A DNA stretch of 63,974 bases from NCBI RefSeq assembly GCF_001447785.1, contig NW_015164758.1, positions 64,328 to 128,301 on the forward strand. The letters run 5' to 3'. The notes under the pieces are model-generated. The model was not told the DNA's origin, searched no databases, and saw only the letters and a program-made list of their open reading frames with translations. Position 1 is the stretch's first letter; every line of letters starts with the position of its first letter. Shown piece after piece: positions 25,604 through 38,579 of the stretch. The stretch comes from Gekko japonicus (Eukaryota). Both the position numbers and the translations under genes were made by a program.

Positions 25604-26622
25604 CTAGAAGTGGGTAGAAGGAAAGGATAATAAGACATAAAAGGGGCAGAGAAAATCACCTGCCAAATTAAACATTATGTAGTATTTTATTGTTTGCATG
25701 ATGGCAACAAACGGCACAGGGCTTGGCCCCTTCAATCCTCATGGGCCAAACAATGAAGAAGAGATTGGATTCATACCACATCCTTCACTACCTGAGGGAG
25801 TCTCAGAGTGGCTTACAAACTCCTCTCCCTTCCCCTCCCCACAACAGACACCCTGTGAGGTAGGTGGTCCTGAGAGAGCTCTTTTGGGAACTGCTCCTGA
25901 GAGAACAGCTCTGAAAGAAGTTGTAACTGACCCAAGGTCACACCAGCAGCAGCATGTGGAGGAGATGGGAATCAAACCCGGTTCTCCCAGATTAGAGTCC
26001 ACACTCCTAACCACTACACCAAACTGACTCTTGATCCCATACAGCCAGGTAGGAGCCCACTGGTCAAAAAGAGGGGACAGAGAGAACCATATACTCTATG
26101 TGAATGACACAGCTTGTTGGAGGAAGGAAACTGAACTGTTTTAAAGTCAGTGCCTCCTGCGTTTCTTGTTTTGTGCTAGAAAGAGAATAAAGGCAAGAAG
26201 TTTTCATTTATTTTGATTTATTTTATTTTACTTCATTTATACCCCGCCTTCTCCCCCTCAATGGGAACACAAAGCAGCTTGCATCATTCTCCTCTCCTCC
26301 ATGTTAGCCTCACACCGACTCTATGAAATAGGTTAACCTGAGCGTACGTGACGGGGCCAAGGGCACCCAGTGAGCCCCCATGGCAGAGGGGAGATCTGAA
26401 CCTGGGTCTCCCATATCCTACGTCCTGGACTCCAACCACCACACCAGGCTGGGTCTTGCGTAGACATGCCTCAAAATCCTTTCTGTGCTCATTTTATCTG
26501 AACATTATTTTATCTCATATATTTTGCACTAGCAGTAAAGCCCATTGTAGAAGCAATACAACGAGCTCTGGAAAGATGTGATATGTAAAGAATACAGTGA
26601 CTGGAAGTAGGTGACGTACATA

Positions 26623-27960
26623 CTAATAGCTTCCGGAGCCCCTCCAGGGCTCCACTTACCGGACTCGGCGGTCACTCCGCTCTGTGGCCGGAATCAGGTT
26701 TGAGCAGGGCAAAGAGCTGTGTCCCTGGGCTCCCCTCTCCACTGCCAGCGAGCTTCGCACGTGGTGTACAGTCCCTTCTGCCCGCGTCGCTTTTTGTCTG
26801 GAGCCACTGAGCCAAGACCAATGTGGCTGCAGTGGTGGAGACAACACCTCCCCAGAAGGAAGGCAGGGCAGGGAGGCGCCGGCAAAGGAAGGGGGGGAAG
26901 CCAGGATGGTAGAGGCCGGCCGGCCAGCCAACCAGGGACCTGTGCCACTCATTCGCCAGCCAGCCCCACAAGGGCGAGGCAAGTCACGGTCTCTCGCTCT
27001 CCTTCTCTCACCACGCTGCAACAAACTTTTCTGCCAGACTTTCCTCCACCCTACCGGCAACAGAGCGACCTGGAGGCGAAAGACCAGGCGCGGCCACTGG
27101 CCGAGGAGTAAGAGAGGAGGAGAAGCCGCTGCTGCTGCCACCGCCACTCTGGGCATACAGGTTGTGCATGTTACATACGTGCTGTTGCCAGCCGGAAAAC
27201 AAAGCATCAGGAACAGTGTCCTGGCATGGCCGTTGGGCCCGCACTGGCTTGGAGGGCTGGCTCGCAGGCACGGAAGGCCCTCCGGCATGGGAGAAGGGGC
27301 CTCAGTGGCGGCAACCGGCCACTGCAGTTCTAGCTGTGCGCAGCAAACAAATAGTGAAGAGGAGCATTGTGCCCTGGCCGCTGGGCCCATGCTGCCTCAG
27401 AGGGCTGGGTCCCTGATCCCAAAGGGCCTGCGGCATGGGGGAAGAGCGCAGCAATGCCAGACAGACCCACCATGGCCCCGAAGAACCTGGCTGTGGGCCC
27501 GTCCAGAACCTGCTGGCTTCACAGCGCCCCAGGGGAGTGAGTGTCCTGCACCCTGGGCCGCCAGCTGAAGTTGGGGTGTGTGTGTGAAGATGGGCAGCAG
27601 ATGGACACCGCTGTGCCGAAGGGGAGGCCCGATGCTACCCGCCCCTCTCAGAGCCCTACCAGAGCCCTCAAAAGGCAGGCAGAAACGCTGGCTGCTGGAG
27701 CAGGGCCGTCGTGCTACAAGGCTCCGCGCTAGAAGGATCCCCCCGCTGGGAAAAGGCTCCACAGGCAAATGACATCCTCTCTCTTCTGAGGTGAAGGTGT
27801 GTTCTGAGGCGACTTTTGGTGGGCAGTGCTTCTGTGGGTGGGACTCAGGCAACGCAGCCAGTGAATAGGGACAGCTTCTGATTGGCAGATGAGGGAGCCA
27901 ACTGATTTGGGAGCGCATGGAACGTTGCCACTCGAAAACAGAATTATATATAAGGAGAGA
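26623..27960 (-). mobile_element. Non-autonomous Helitron (1338 bp)
   Basis: 5' TCTCTCCTTATATATAA identical to the 29949 element; perfect hairpin GGAGCCC-5nt-GGGCTCC at 26635-26653; ends TTAG|T (one change from CTAG); GC-rich body with sharp edges. Confidence 0.75.
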
Positions 27961-28026
27961 CTGTACATTTTAGAAAAACCTACCGAACACACACACACAC
28001 ACACACACAGAGGCACACTTTTTTAC

Positions 28027-28278
28027 CTGGTGTTGGAATTGGAAGGTCTATTCTATTGCAGAAATCTTTGTCACAGCAATGAGGCACAGTAGTAACTCCT
28101 TCAGCTGATGATGGAGCACAAATAAATGGCCTGTCTCTGGGAATCAGATCAATTTCTGCTATACACATGCTATTGCGTATAATTTTATCTCCATTTCGTG
28201 TCACTGAAGTAATGCAGAGCCCGTCTGTTGTACACGTAAAGTTCTCTTTTGCACAAACAAGGCAAACACACTGTAAGG
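28027..28278 (-). CDS. TGFBR1: TGF-beta receptor type-1, exon 2 (cysteine-rich ectodomain)
   Basis: ttacag|CC TTA CAG TGT ... CCA G|gtaaaa; 252 nt, phase 1-1; encodes LQCVCLVC...[20 protein letters not shown]...CCDKDFCN. Confidence 0.97.
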
Positions 28279-29726
28279 CTGTAACAAAGAAGAATATTTT
28301 AATATTAGTTGTGTTAATCAAAGTGCTCCTAAAATATGCTTCCACTCCTCTAACTGCTAATCTATACAGCTATAAATTGCATAATAATTATGTATTGTGA
28401 ACTACCAAACAAAAATCTTAAATCATTCCAGGAATAAAGTGGCTAGAGCCTTTGAGGAAAAGACAAGCTTCTAGAAGAAGAAGGAAGATGAGGAGGAGAT
28501 TGGATTTATATCCCGCCCTTCATTACCCGAAGGAGTCTCAGAGCAGCTTACAATCACCTTCCCTTCCTCTCCCCACAACAGAGACCCTGTGAGCTACGCG
28601 GGGCTGAGAGAACTCTCCCGAGAACTGAAGAAGAAGAAGAAGAAGAGATTGGATTTATATCCTGCCCTTCACTTGGAGTCTCAGAGCGGCTTACAAACTC
28701 CTTTCCCTTCCCCTCCCCACAACAGACACCCGCCCTTGAGAGAACAGTTCTGAAAGAACTTATGACTGACCCCAGGGTCATACCCACAGCTCTATGTAGA
28801 TACAGAATCAACTGTCTTTCTACCACAGTTGACCTCCAGCTTTCAAAAAAGACACATTTTCAGATGGTTACAAGCAAATAGAAGGTACTGGTGAAATAAA
28901 CCAACAATGAAAAGCAAGTCTGAATCCTGTCAACGTCCCCTTTAAACCTTGCCCTTACCGCCTCATGTACAGATTCTCTCACAGCTCCTGGTTGCCTCCA
29001 TTCCTTTCTCTCTCCGCTCCAGCCCCCACTTCTCAATCTGTATGGTTCAGAGCATGAATTAGGGGGGGGGTCCTGGGGAGAGACTGCTGCCATCATTTTG
29101 ACCACTTGCTGCACTCCCCTTCCCTCCCTGGTGGATTATTTTACTGCTTACAGCTGTGTTCGCTGTATTTGGCAGTTTGGTTATTGATTTCTCATATTGT
29201 AAACTGCTTTGTCCACATCCAGTGGAGAAAAAAAAGGTTAAAGTATCCAAGCCAGTCAGTCTTTGGCTCAAACTTTACCTTTGCCATGAAATCACCAAAT
29301 TATACTTGGTCGGCCTGTACCTTCCCCACTTTTCCATTTACAATATGTGGGCCTAACTTACTAAGTTCTCGTAATACGCTCTCAGATAGTGCGTGCAGAA
29401 GGATATGAGGACTCTGATAGCCAGGTAAATAGGACAGAGATTCTCTGGCACAGCAGCAGTCATGGTCACAGGCAGTGCACCTTGTACCAGATTTACATTT
29501 AAAGCAGGCATCTCTAAGTCTCCAACCTGTCCATAACCAGGGCCCCGTACTTCCCATGTTTTTAAAAAGACAGGAGGTGGCCGAGGCAAGCACGTGGGAA
29601 GATGCAAAGGTGATGAGCAGAAGTAGGAAAAAAAAGAGTTAAGGGGAACATGGGATTTCTGCAGTTCCTCATAGGTCAACTAAAAGGAGATCACCCAGCA
29701 GTATAGTAGTAACAACAACGGGAAAG

Positions 29727-31097
29727 AGCTGTGAAGCAGGACACAATAGAACTGGTATGAACGTTAATATATTGGACAAACACAATGTGTTCAGTACATG
29801 AATATAATCATTGCACAATAAAGCACAGTAATTCTAAATATGAATCTTCTGATATACAATGAAATTCTCTTTCCAAAATAGTTCTTTCCAACAAAGAATC
29901 CGGATATTGAAGATTTCGTTTCAATAGTTGTCCTCAAGAAAATTACTATCTCTCCTTATATATAAAAGAGTTTTGGTGTCTCTCCTCCACACGCTCCTGC
30001 AGCCTTTGGCTCTCGCACCTGCCACTCTGAAGGATCCCCTGGCTGCATTGGCTGGCTCCCTTGCCTCCATCCCACCCACAAAGGTGGTGAGGCAGCCGCC
30101 AGCATCTCTGGCTCACTGTGCTCTGAGCCAGTCGACGGGATAGATGCTCTGGCGGCCAGAGGGTGAGTAGGCCCACTGGGAGATGCGGAGAAGAGGTGTG
30201 AAAGCCCAGAGACATTCAGAAATGCCACGATCAGGGCGAGGCGGTGGTGGCTGCTGCTGCTGCAGGAGGCTGCCCCTCTGCTGGCAGCCCTGTCGTCGTC
30301 GTCCAGGACAGCTGAAGTGGCTGACGCCGCACCGCGCTGCGCCCCACCATCACCATTGAACACACCGACAGGCCTCCCTGATGCGGGCCCGCCACCACGC
30401 CAAGACCCTCCTCCTGTTCGACCCCGGTGGCGGGAGCCAGGATGCTGGCAGCGGCGGAGCAGCTGTGCTCTACCTGCCGCTGGGCCCGGGGACTGAGGCT
30501 GCTGCCGCCCCTTCTTCTACCAAGGGAGGGGCTGGCAGGCGGCAGCCCAGCTACAGCTCGTTGCATTTGTCTCCACAACGGGCCTTCTTCCTAGTTATAA
30601 ATATTTCAAAGGCATAAGGTTTCAAAAAACTGTATAGCTTCAGATTACTAATGTAGAAGGAACTGCTCTTCCAGGGTATTCAAAGAGGTTTGTAGTAACA
30701 ATCTCTACTGATGGGCCACCAATAACACTTTTTAGAAACTGTTTTAATGCTGAGCTGGTCTAGCCTCTAGAAATACAACTGTTACTACAAACCTTTTTGA
30801 ATACACTGGAAGGGCAGTTCCTTCTACATTAGCAGTCTGAAGCTATACAGTTTTCTGGAACCTTATGCCTTTGAAATATTTATAACAGTAATTTTCTTGA
30901 GGAAGATTATCGAAACGAAGTCTTCACTATCCAGATTCTTTGTTGGAAAGAACTGTTTTGGAAAGAGAATTTCATTGTGTATCACAAGATTCATATTTCG
31001 AATTAGTGTGCAATGATTATATTCATGTACTGCTCACATTGTATTTGTCCAATATATTAACATTGTTACCATTTTTATTGTGTCCTGCTTCACAGCT
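29727..31097. repeat. Long palindromic element (arms ~320 bp, 79-nt spacer), left arm split by a Helitron; probably Penelope-like
   Basis: 29727-29948 plus 30595-30700 is the diverged reverse complement of 30780-31097. Confidence 0.85.
29949..30594 (+). mobile_element. Non-autonomous Helitron (646 bp)
   Basis: A|TCTCTCCTTATATATAAAAGAG ... GCTCGTTG-12nt-CAACGGGC hairpin ... CTAG|T; no TSD; empty site visible in the opposite arm of the host palindrome. Confidence 0.88.
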
Positions 31098-32024
31098 TAT
31101 TCCTCGTAGGTCCTCACTTGCTATATTTTACAGTAAACTAGTTGGCCCCTATGTGAGTGACAAGAGCCAAAAAAACCATACCACCCAGACAAGGTATGTC
31201 TAGCTACGCTGAGGACTCTCCAGGTAAGCAGAAAAATATGATTCTGTAAATCAAACAAACAAACAAAAATCCCACACACACACAGAGCTTGATGGAAGCC
31301 TGGGGATAGGGAACCATGGAGGACATTTTTAGGGGTGGGACTGGATTCCTAAACTGTTCCACTTCCTGCTCCACACTCCCCAGCAATTCCTGGTAGGCTC
31401 CTGCTTGTTTTAATGCCTGCTGCCATTATTAGTTCACTAATTTTTATTTTTATTATGTAAACTGCTTTGAACCTCCTGGAGGAGTAGTGTATGCTGCTAA
31501 ATGAAGAGACAGATTTCACTCAGAAACAAAGCTAGGTATGGTTCAGCCCAGGTGCCTGGGATCACAGAAAAATCCAGCATGCATTTAAAAGACATGGACA
31601 CTTCAACCCAACGAGGCACAAACCCCAGTGGGGACTCTCCCTTCAGCAGCCAGTGGTGGCCACAGACTTCATGTCCAGTTCTTCTTAGATGAGCCAGGAT
31701 AACTTCCTGTCCGTAATTCTTGGGTACTTTTGGTCTAATCATGTCTGAAATTCTGGCTTGAATTCTAGCAGTGGCCTATATGACAGAATACATCTTATAA
31801 CACTGTGCCACTGAAGGGAACAAGAAGCCCTTAGTGGAAGGTGCCACCGGAGTTGTGCTTGCTGAAGAGGAAGCATTTTTTAAGAACACAAGAGAAGCCA
31901 ATGTTGGATCAGGCCAATAGCCCATGCAGTCCAACACTCTGCATCTTATAACACTGAAGGGAACAGGAAGCCCTTAGTGGAAGGTGCCAGCGGAGCTGTG
32001 CTTGCTGAAGAGGAAGCATTTTTT

Positions 32025-32440
32025 AAGAACATAAGAGATGCCAATGTTGGATCAGGCCAATAGCCCATGCAGTCCAACACTCTGTCACACAGTGGCCAAA
32101 AATACCAGGTGCCATCAGGAGGTCCAGCAGTGGAGTCAGGACACTAGAAGCCCTCCCACTGTTGCCCCCCCCCAAGCACCAAGAATACAGAGCATCTCTT
32201 GCCCCAGCCTGAGAGTTCCTATCTATAACTTGTGGCTAATAGCCACTGATGGACCTCTGCTCCAGATGTTTATCCAATTCCCTCTTGAAGCCGCCCATGC
32301 TTGTAGCTGCCGCTGCCACCTCCTGGGTCAGTGAATTCCATGTGTTAATCACTCTTTGGGTGAAGAAGTCCTTCCTTTTATCTGTTCTCCCGACTGCTCA
32401 GCAATTTCATTGAGTGCCCACGAGTTCTTGTATTGTGAGA
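32025..32440 (-). mobile_element. CR1 LINE 3' end
   Basis: aagaacataagagatgccaatgttggatcaggcc terminus, also seen at 2095 and 31881. Confidence 0.7.
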
Positions 32441-32666
32441 AAGCACCACCCCCTAGAGGCGGATTTGACTAGCTTTCAAGCAAGGGAAACCTTTACCTTT
32501 AGGAGGTTTTGAAGAAGAATGTCAAACTGAAGAAAGCACAGAAATACACATGAAAGATAATGAGAATAGTATAGGAGGTTAAAGTATGAAACAGATTTGT
32601 TGAAATAAAGTAACACTTTGATTTTAAGGTTTTAATAAAACTCAAAAGAGATCCTTCATAAACATT

Positions 32667-33007
32667 TGCTCAAGTGGTTAAGACGCTGAACTGCAGGCTG
32701 GAGGGTCAGTAGTTCAGCAGTTCGAGACCTCAGTGCCGCATGACGGAGCGAGCTCCCGTCTTTGGTCCCAGCTCCTGCCAACCTAACAGTTTGAAAGCAA
32801 GAAACTGCAAGTAGATAAATAGGTACCACTTCAGTGGAAAGGTAACAGCGTTCCGTGCGCCTCGGCATCTAGTCATACCGGCCACATGACTGTGGAAACG
32901 TCTTCGGACAGCGCTGGCTCTTCGGCCTGGAAATGGAGATGAGCACCGCATCCCTAGAGTCGGATTCGACTGGCTTTCGAGCAAGGGAAACCTTTACCTT
33001 TACCTTG
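32667..33007 (+). mobile_element. Sauria SINE
   Basis: tRNA-like head (A box, GTTCGAGACC B box), gagatgagcaccgc body, (ACCTTT)n tail. Confidence 0.85.
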
Positions 33008-36000
33008 TAAATACGTTTTCTCACAGTTGATAATATTCTTAAGGTAACGGTTAATAGTACAGCATCTTCTGCTTTCCATTTAAATACATATTGATGGCCG
33101 GTTTGTAACAATTAGTTCTTATAAGAACAGTTACATTTCTTTTAAACCCATGAAGCAAATTTTCCTGAGTTCAGTTACAGTTGGCTATTGAAAGTTGTGA
33201 GCTATTCATACAGCCTAAGGTTTACCTGTCCTGAACTGGATGGCCCACGCTAGCGTGGTCTTGGAAGCTAGGCAGGGTTAGCCCTGGTTAATAGTTGGAT
33301 GGGAGACCAGCAAGGAAGACTTGGGTTGCTATGCAGAGGCAGACAATGGCAAATCACCACTGATCATCTCTTGCCTTGAAAACCCTGCCACTTGATGCTA
33401 ATTTCCACCCCAAAAACTAATTTGTATTAATGTTGATATTGTAAATATCTACTAATAGCATAGATTCTTGTCCTTCAGGTTGGGGGGGGGGGTTCTTTGT
33501 TATCTCTAAGTATCTAGGTACTTATTTTTTGCTGCTGGAAATTTGAGAATCTTAATGTATGTTTTAAATATTATTATTCTAATATACAGTTGTTTTTCCC
33601 AGGCCAGTTCTAATTTATCAACTTGCATTTCTCCTCATTGAACCCAGCTATATATTGTTCTCCCTAGAATTTGCATTTGTAGAATATGGTCAGGGCTAAG
33701 GATGGGCACGGACCAGAAAAATGTGGTTAGTGTCGGTTCGTGGCCAAAGCACAAACTGAACCGGGAGGTATGTTCATGAATCGAACCAGTCCATGGCCCC
33801 TCAAACCCTGTTGAAAGGGACTGCAGTTCCTCTAAATCGGGTTTGCATCGTCTAAAAAGTCTAGCCCTCATAGACCCAGAGATACAAGGCAAAATGTCTG
33901 GGCAATATTCTGCCCAATCATTCTATGAGAAATGAGTGGGTGTCCCACCTCTTGTTCTTCTAGCCAATCAGGGGCACTGATGTTGTCTGAGACGTGTGAG
34001 CAAATGGGTAGAATGATGGCTTCCTCTGTTCTTCCCCCAGCTTTTGGTAGCAGTTCTAGGATCATCACACAACACAAGGAACAGCAGTTACAACTTCAAA
34101 CACGCACCCAATACTTAGAACAGACCACCATAGTTAATACAGTCAGCTGGGCACCCAAAATCGCAAGTACATTATCAATAATGATAACTCACGTCAAGAT
34201 ATATGTATGTATGTGGGATTCTGTGTTGGTCCCCAGCAAAATCCAAAATGAGCTCCCATATGAGATCAGGGCCCTGTGGGATCTATTGCAGTTCCGCAGG
34301 GCCTGTAAGACTGAGCTCTTCCGCCAGGCCTTTGGTTGAGGTGGCGGGCATCCCTTTCTTTTCCTGGCTCCCTCCTCCTCAGCAGCCTGGATCTTAACAT
34401 CGGTACTGCTGAAGTGACATCAGTGGCCGGATCTTAATATCAGTATTGCTAGTCACAATTAGGCGTTGCACGGTATATTATGGTTTTAATGGTATTGTGT
34501 TGAAACTGTCCACAGGGAGGGCGGTATATAAATCGAACAAATAAATAAATAAAAATAAATATCCGCTCTATGTTGTGTGTGGTTTATCATGCTATTCGTG
34601 ATCAAAAAGAGTACAAGCCTATCCCTCACCGTTGCTAGATCACAATTATCCAGGCAACGGAGGACTCTGAGCCTTCTCCTCGTGAGGATCCCGGTGTGAA
34701 GACAGCTGAGCAGGAGGTGGAGAAGCTCCACTATCTGCTGAATTTTATTAACACAGAGACACAGCTGTGCAACAATACTAAGATTTGTGACGCAGATATA
34801 AGAGACAGAACTTTGGACAGAAAGAGTTTAGGATCCTAACTAGTGATGCCAGCCTCCAGGTGGGGATGCAGAGGCCCCCCCCCCCGAATCCCAGCTCATC
34901 TCCAGACTACAGAGATTAGTCCCTGTCCTCCCCAGGCTCCACCCCCAAATCTCCAGGAGTTTCCCAACCTGGATCTGGCTACCCTACCCCCCCCATCCCT
35001 CTGGCAACCCAATTCTGGCCCTTACACTGGCATAACTGCACCAGGGTCACAGTTACAATGGCATGGCATTATTGTTTGCTACCATGACGGCTTTGTCTAT
35101 TTTATACACAGAAAGAAATACAGCAGTTTGTAAAATGAATAAATAACAAAAATAAATGTCTCTGCTCTCAAACATTAGTCAACATATGCTACCCCTACCC
35201 CTAGTGCTTTTCTGCAGGATCATTTTGGTAGCAAGACAGTAGTATATCCAGCCTGTCTTTATATGATTAATTTTTTTAAAAAGACTTTAGGCCCCCACTG
35301 AGAAACAGCCATTAAAGCTTTAGCAAGTATCAGAGAACCTAATTAGGACAAACAAATTATGGGGAGTGAACTAAAATATTATCCAGTTATTAATTGCACA
35401 CAGAAACAGGGTTATACCAGTCAGATCCCACCATAACATCTCCAGCGCTGTTCCATCTCTGAAACAGCTGAAGATGATGGCTTTCAAACTGTGTCCAAGA
35501 TCATTGCGGAATTCCTTAGAAGCTTAATCGGGGTTCTTGAACGAATTTTTGCCTTTATTTACAGCATTTATAGCCTGATTTTGTTTTGAAAAAGGTTCTC
35601 TGAATGACACCATGCAGCTGTGGGGAACTGCTAGTAACTCTCAGCCACATTCACGTCAACAACCTTGGTGCCCAACAGACCTGTCCAGTGTGCACCCAAG
35701 AACATGCCACACAATCTTCAGTGCGCAGCAGCTTCTTAGCAGACGTCAAAGGGGGAAAGGTCTAAAGGCGTTCGCCTGCCACTCTCTTCGGAAACCAACT
35801 GCTGAGTAAACCCACAATCACAGCCTCAGTGTTCCAGACCAAAGCCAAAGCAGTGGTGAGCTAGAACCTGAGAGCCATCTAGTCACAACAGTCACCCTCA
35901 GGCTAAGGCTGGATAACAGGACAGTAGCTGCCTATGGAACTTAAATCTGGAGACAGATTTGTTTAAGGAGAAATCAACCCACTATTGATTCGAAGCCACC

Positions 36001-37939
36001 TGGCACTCAACTCACTCTGAATGAAGCATTCACAAAAACTCTGGGAGCAATGCAATCAACTTCTTCTTGTGGGATTTCACCAACCAGAATGGGCACAGAT
36101 CAAGCTCACAAAGATTACACTCATGCTTCTTAAGTGCATCCTTGGTATCAGCAGGCAAGACAGACTGCAACCATTCTAATCAAGACAGACTCAGGTAGGG
36201 AGCCATGCTGCTCTGAAGCAGAACAAAGTTTGAGTCCGGTATAATCAAGAGACAGCGGAGTCTCCAGTATCCCACACCATCTTTCAACTAGCAGCACACA
36301 GGTCAACTTGCATGCAATTAACTCTCCCACACACCAACGCACACAAAGTAGGTGGTAAACACAGGACAGCTCAATCTCCAGATGGAGACAGTTTACTTGA
36401 CGTATTTAACATACTCTATATCACATTCTACCCATGGCAGTTCACAGATACAAACAGTATCCGTATTGGTATTTTTCGGGAATTTATTCAGCTGAATCAG
36501 ATTCTCTAATCTGATTCCACTACCAATAAACTGATCCAGAATAAAAACCAATCTTATTCGGCTTATATTTGGGTGCATTCACTGGAGCTGCTGGCCATTT
36601 AAACCTAACAGCTGACAGGTGGTCCTCCTGTCAGTTTAGGTCCACTCTGCTGAAACTGACCATTGCCTTCCCTCCCTGAGTCACCCCTCTGGGGTGGCTT
36701 GAAGATGGAAAGCAAGGCATTTAAACATGCCTTCTCTCAGGCTTCCTCCCAAAGCCGATCAGCTGACCGGCAGATTGCTGCACTGATCAGTCTGAATGTG
36801 AGGCAGCCATTTCAACCCTCCCAGCTGAATATTTTTAGCAATACCAATTACTTCCCGAATCCCAATACAATACTGATATACCAATATATTTCGGGTTCGG
36901 TATACCTGAACCCAAAAAATACTGATTTTTTTTTCTGCACACCCCTAGAGAGGAACAGCAATTTAACAATTCACATTCACCAACAAGTCATTTACTACCC
37001 AGAGTAGTTCTATAAGAAAGAAGTAACAACAGCCAAGAAGGGTTCTTCCTATCATTACTGCAGTCATGGCATCAAGAAATTCAGGCATGTATCAGGCACC
37101 AATCATGCAGTAGTCATTTCAACTCATACCTCTTGATATTAGGGTTGTCCATAAACTGATGGAGAGGAAGCTGAATTAAAAATGTCAGTGCAGAGAGTAC
37201 AGAAACAAACTACTGCACACCTAGAGCATGTTACTGTTAGAAACCAAAAATATACCAGGTATGCAAAAAGGGGGAGAGGTAACTGTTAGGTACCTTCACT
37301 GATGGCTCATAAGGCCATCTAACCCCACCCCACCTTCTGCAAGTCTTTCTAACAGCCATTGAAAAAAATGCCAAGACTGAATGTGGAATCTGGATTTCAA
37401 GATATGAACCGTCAGATTCAAATTCCTTGTCTGCCAACTACAGACGTGTGGCATTTCCAGAAAATCTAAACAGGCCCGGGGGGAGGGCAGTTAAAACATA
37501 AGGCTAGTTGGGAAGGCTGAGATCTTTTTCCCCCCGAAAACAATTAGGATATAATAAAAAAGAAATGTTCAAACATATATCAAAACTTAAACCATTATAT
37601 ATCCTTCCCTCCTCCCTTCCCCCCCCCTTCTCGGCTTCCCACAGTGCTCCAACCTCCTGCCTGATTCTTAAATTTTCTTCATACCTCCTCATCTCCTTAT
37701 TCACATCCACAGGTAACTTAATCTTCAACTGTTAGTCTTATACAATTATCTATTTTCTACTGTCCTTTAATTTTCAATAATTCTCAAAGCAAAGTAAATT
37801 GTCCTTTACATCCCAGCATTTCTCCAAATAGTCTTTAAAGTCTATCCAGCCTGCAGGGAAGGCTGAGATCTTGAAGGATACGGTGCTCCTCACTTCTTAT
37901 GGGGTCCAGTTGACACTTTTTGACTCATTAAGAGAGCAA

Positions 37940-38520
37940 GGGTCATGCTGGACCCAGCATTACCGCTGCAAAGGAGCCACAGAGAAGCATTTTAGCAGTT
38001 TAAGCCAGGAACATGACCCCCTACCTTGACTTAGCACGGATCAACATGGCCAGTCCAGCTATGAGCATCTCAAGGCTAGACTACTGTAATAAAGTCTACA
38101 TGAGTCTGACCTTAAAGTCAACTTGGAAACTCCACTGGTTGAGATTGTGCCAGCCTGGTTACTTGCGGGTGCCTAACAGAACATGCACGTCACACCAATC
38201 CTCCCAACCAGTAACTCACTTCAGTTCACGGTACTGATTATCACTTACAAACCTCTTCACGGCCTGGGACCCACATATCTTCAGGACCCACATACCTCTC
38301 CTGCCATGCTCCATCACAACAATTTCAGTCATCCGAAAAAAGCCTTCTGAAGGTTCCTTGCTGCAAATGGGTTAGATTAACAACGGCCCACTCATATATA
38401 CATTCTCTGTGGAGCCTCCCACCTTGTGGGATGGTCTACCTCAGGAGATCAGGAGGGCTCCCACAATGATATCATTCCACAAAATGTGCAAAAGAGAAAT
38501 GTCCAGGAGGACATTCTTAC
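37940..38520 (+). mobile_element. Old L2 LINE 3' fragment
   Basis: SRLDYCN..Y..L motif; similar to the 52-53 kb L2. Confidence 0.75.
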
Positions 38521-38579
38521 AGTGGAATAAAAAATGCACTGTATGGAATAGTCCACAAGTATTTGGTCCCACAAAGGCT

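Noticed and set aside
26656-27568. Overlapping 244-aa and 294-aa ORFs
   Set aside because: They lie in the GC-rich Helitron body where stops are rare, show no recognisable domain, and are not in frame with exon 3 at the donor.
30230-30560. GC-rich (GCT)n stretch as the missing TGFBR1 exon 1
   Set aside because: It is inside the Helitron, and no minus-strand Met-signal peptide ending in a phase-1 donor was found.
30895-30925. Hammerhead-like TTGAGGA...GAAACGAAGTC in the large palindrome
   Set aside because: C3 is missing in both arms, the stem II loop is too short, and stem I does not pair.
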